DNA of 64,000 nt from positions 1-64,000 of the IMG/VR virus record IMGVR_UViG_3300049144_000052. The stretch is one strand, 5' to 3'. Source of the DNA: a virus. Its lineage: Duplodnaviria > Caudoviricetes. Shown here one piece after another: positions 63,430 through 64,000 of the stretch (positions within the stretch are counted from its first letter, which is position 1; every line of letters begins with the position of its first letter). The position numbers were made by a program, and so were the translations under genes. The notes below the pieces were generated by a model that had not been told where the DNA came from, did no database searches, and saw only the letters and a program-made list of their open reading frames with translations.

Positions 63430-64000
63430 CCACCGTGATCGCGCCGACCGGCGTCCTCCTCGGCTCCTTCAAGCCGGGTACGCCCGAGTGGAACGAAGCC
63501 CGCAAGGGCCTGTGCATCACCGCCACCGAGATCGCCGCCGTCGTCGGCCTGTCGCCCTGGACGTCGAAGTTCACGCTGTGGCACAAGAAGGCCGGCCTGC
63601 CGTCCGCGCCGTTCGAGCCGTCGCCGGAGATGAAGTGGGGCGTCCGCTTCGAGGACGACGTGGCCGAGGAGTTCGCCGAGCGCCACCCCGAGCACCCGCT
63701 GCTGCACACCGGCACCTGGAAGCACCGGGAGCGGGAGTGGCAGCGCGCCACCCCAGACCGGCTGCACGGCGGCAGCATCGTCGAGATCAAGACTGCAGCC
63801 TCCCCTGACGGCTGGGGGCCGGACGGTAGCGATGAGTTCCCGGTGCACTACCGCTGTCAGGTGCTCTGGCAGCAGGACACGCTGGGACTTCGCCAGCCAG
63901 CTCGACTCGCCGTCCTGATCCTGCCCTACGACTACCGCGAGTACGTCGTCGAGTACGACGACGCCGAAGCGAAGATTCTGCGCGACGCCGCCGAACGCTT
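63426..64000 (+). CDS. YqaJ-like viral recombinase/exonuclease, truncated by the window end
   Basis: EWNEARKG.CITATEIAAVVGLSPW...WGVRFE...ATPDR...VEIKT...YRCQVLWQ; no stop before 64000. Confidence 0.88.
   Translation, partial: MTTVIAPTGVLLGSFKPGTPEWNEARKGLCITATEIAAVVGLSPWTSKFTLWHKKAGLPSAPFEPSPEMKWGVRFEDDVAEEFAERHPEHPLLHTGTWKHREREWQRATPDRLHGGSIVEIKTAASPDGWGPDGSDEFPVHYRCQVLWQQDTLGLRQPARLAVLILPYDYREYVVEYDDAEAKILRDAAER

Larger units (their letters stand above)
1..64000. mobile_element. Temperate siphovirus-like actinophage (Streptomyces-type) with plasmid/AICE-like transfer block; extends beyond both window edges
   Basis: Terminase-portal-capsid-tail-lysis gene order, integrase/repressor/excisionase module, high GC, no host housekeeping genes. 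Confidence 0.95.

Noticed and set aside
1-64000. CRISPR array, reverse transcriptase (retron/DGR), rRNA, IS transposase
   Set aside because: No regularly spaced repeat-spacer units, no YxDD-type RT motifs, no rRNA or DDE transposase signatures seen

Overview
The whole 64 kb is one GC-rich temperate actinophage (Streptomyces-type siphovirus) or two joined copies; no host housekeeping genes are visible. In order: (1-8 kb) a plasmid/AICE-like block of small genes with an Spd-like membrane protein and an FtsK/SpoIIIE TraB-like translocase; (8-19 kb) putative late regulators, an extra fibre-like module, a glycosylation trio (GT-A glycosyltransferase, DUF3307-like membrane protein, NAD-dependent epimerase) and two HNH genes; (19-39 kb) terminase, portal, capsid with a coupled GT4 glycosyltransferase, neck, tail with a -1 frameshift chaperone and an NlpC/P60 tape measure; (39-42 kb) lysis; (42-55 kb) accessory genes: a terminator-bounded Ro60/TROVE gene preceded by two Y RNAs, two lipoproteins, a Cre-like recombinase, Ku, GntR and XRE regulators, and genes with DNA-damage-type promoters; (55-64 kb) an apparently intact attP, tyrosine integrase, repressor/Cro/excisionase and early genes ending in a truncated YqaJ nuclease. 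Best leads: the Ro60-Y RNA cassette, whose larger RNA contains a circularly permuted tRNA-like unit with a Ser(GCU) anticodon-like loop; a candidate virion-glycosylation system (capsid and tail-tube proteins both end in SGS); and a conjugative translocase inside a complete phage. Family assignments come from motif recognition by eye, not database searches.
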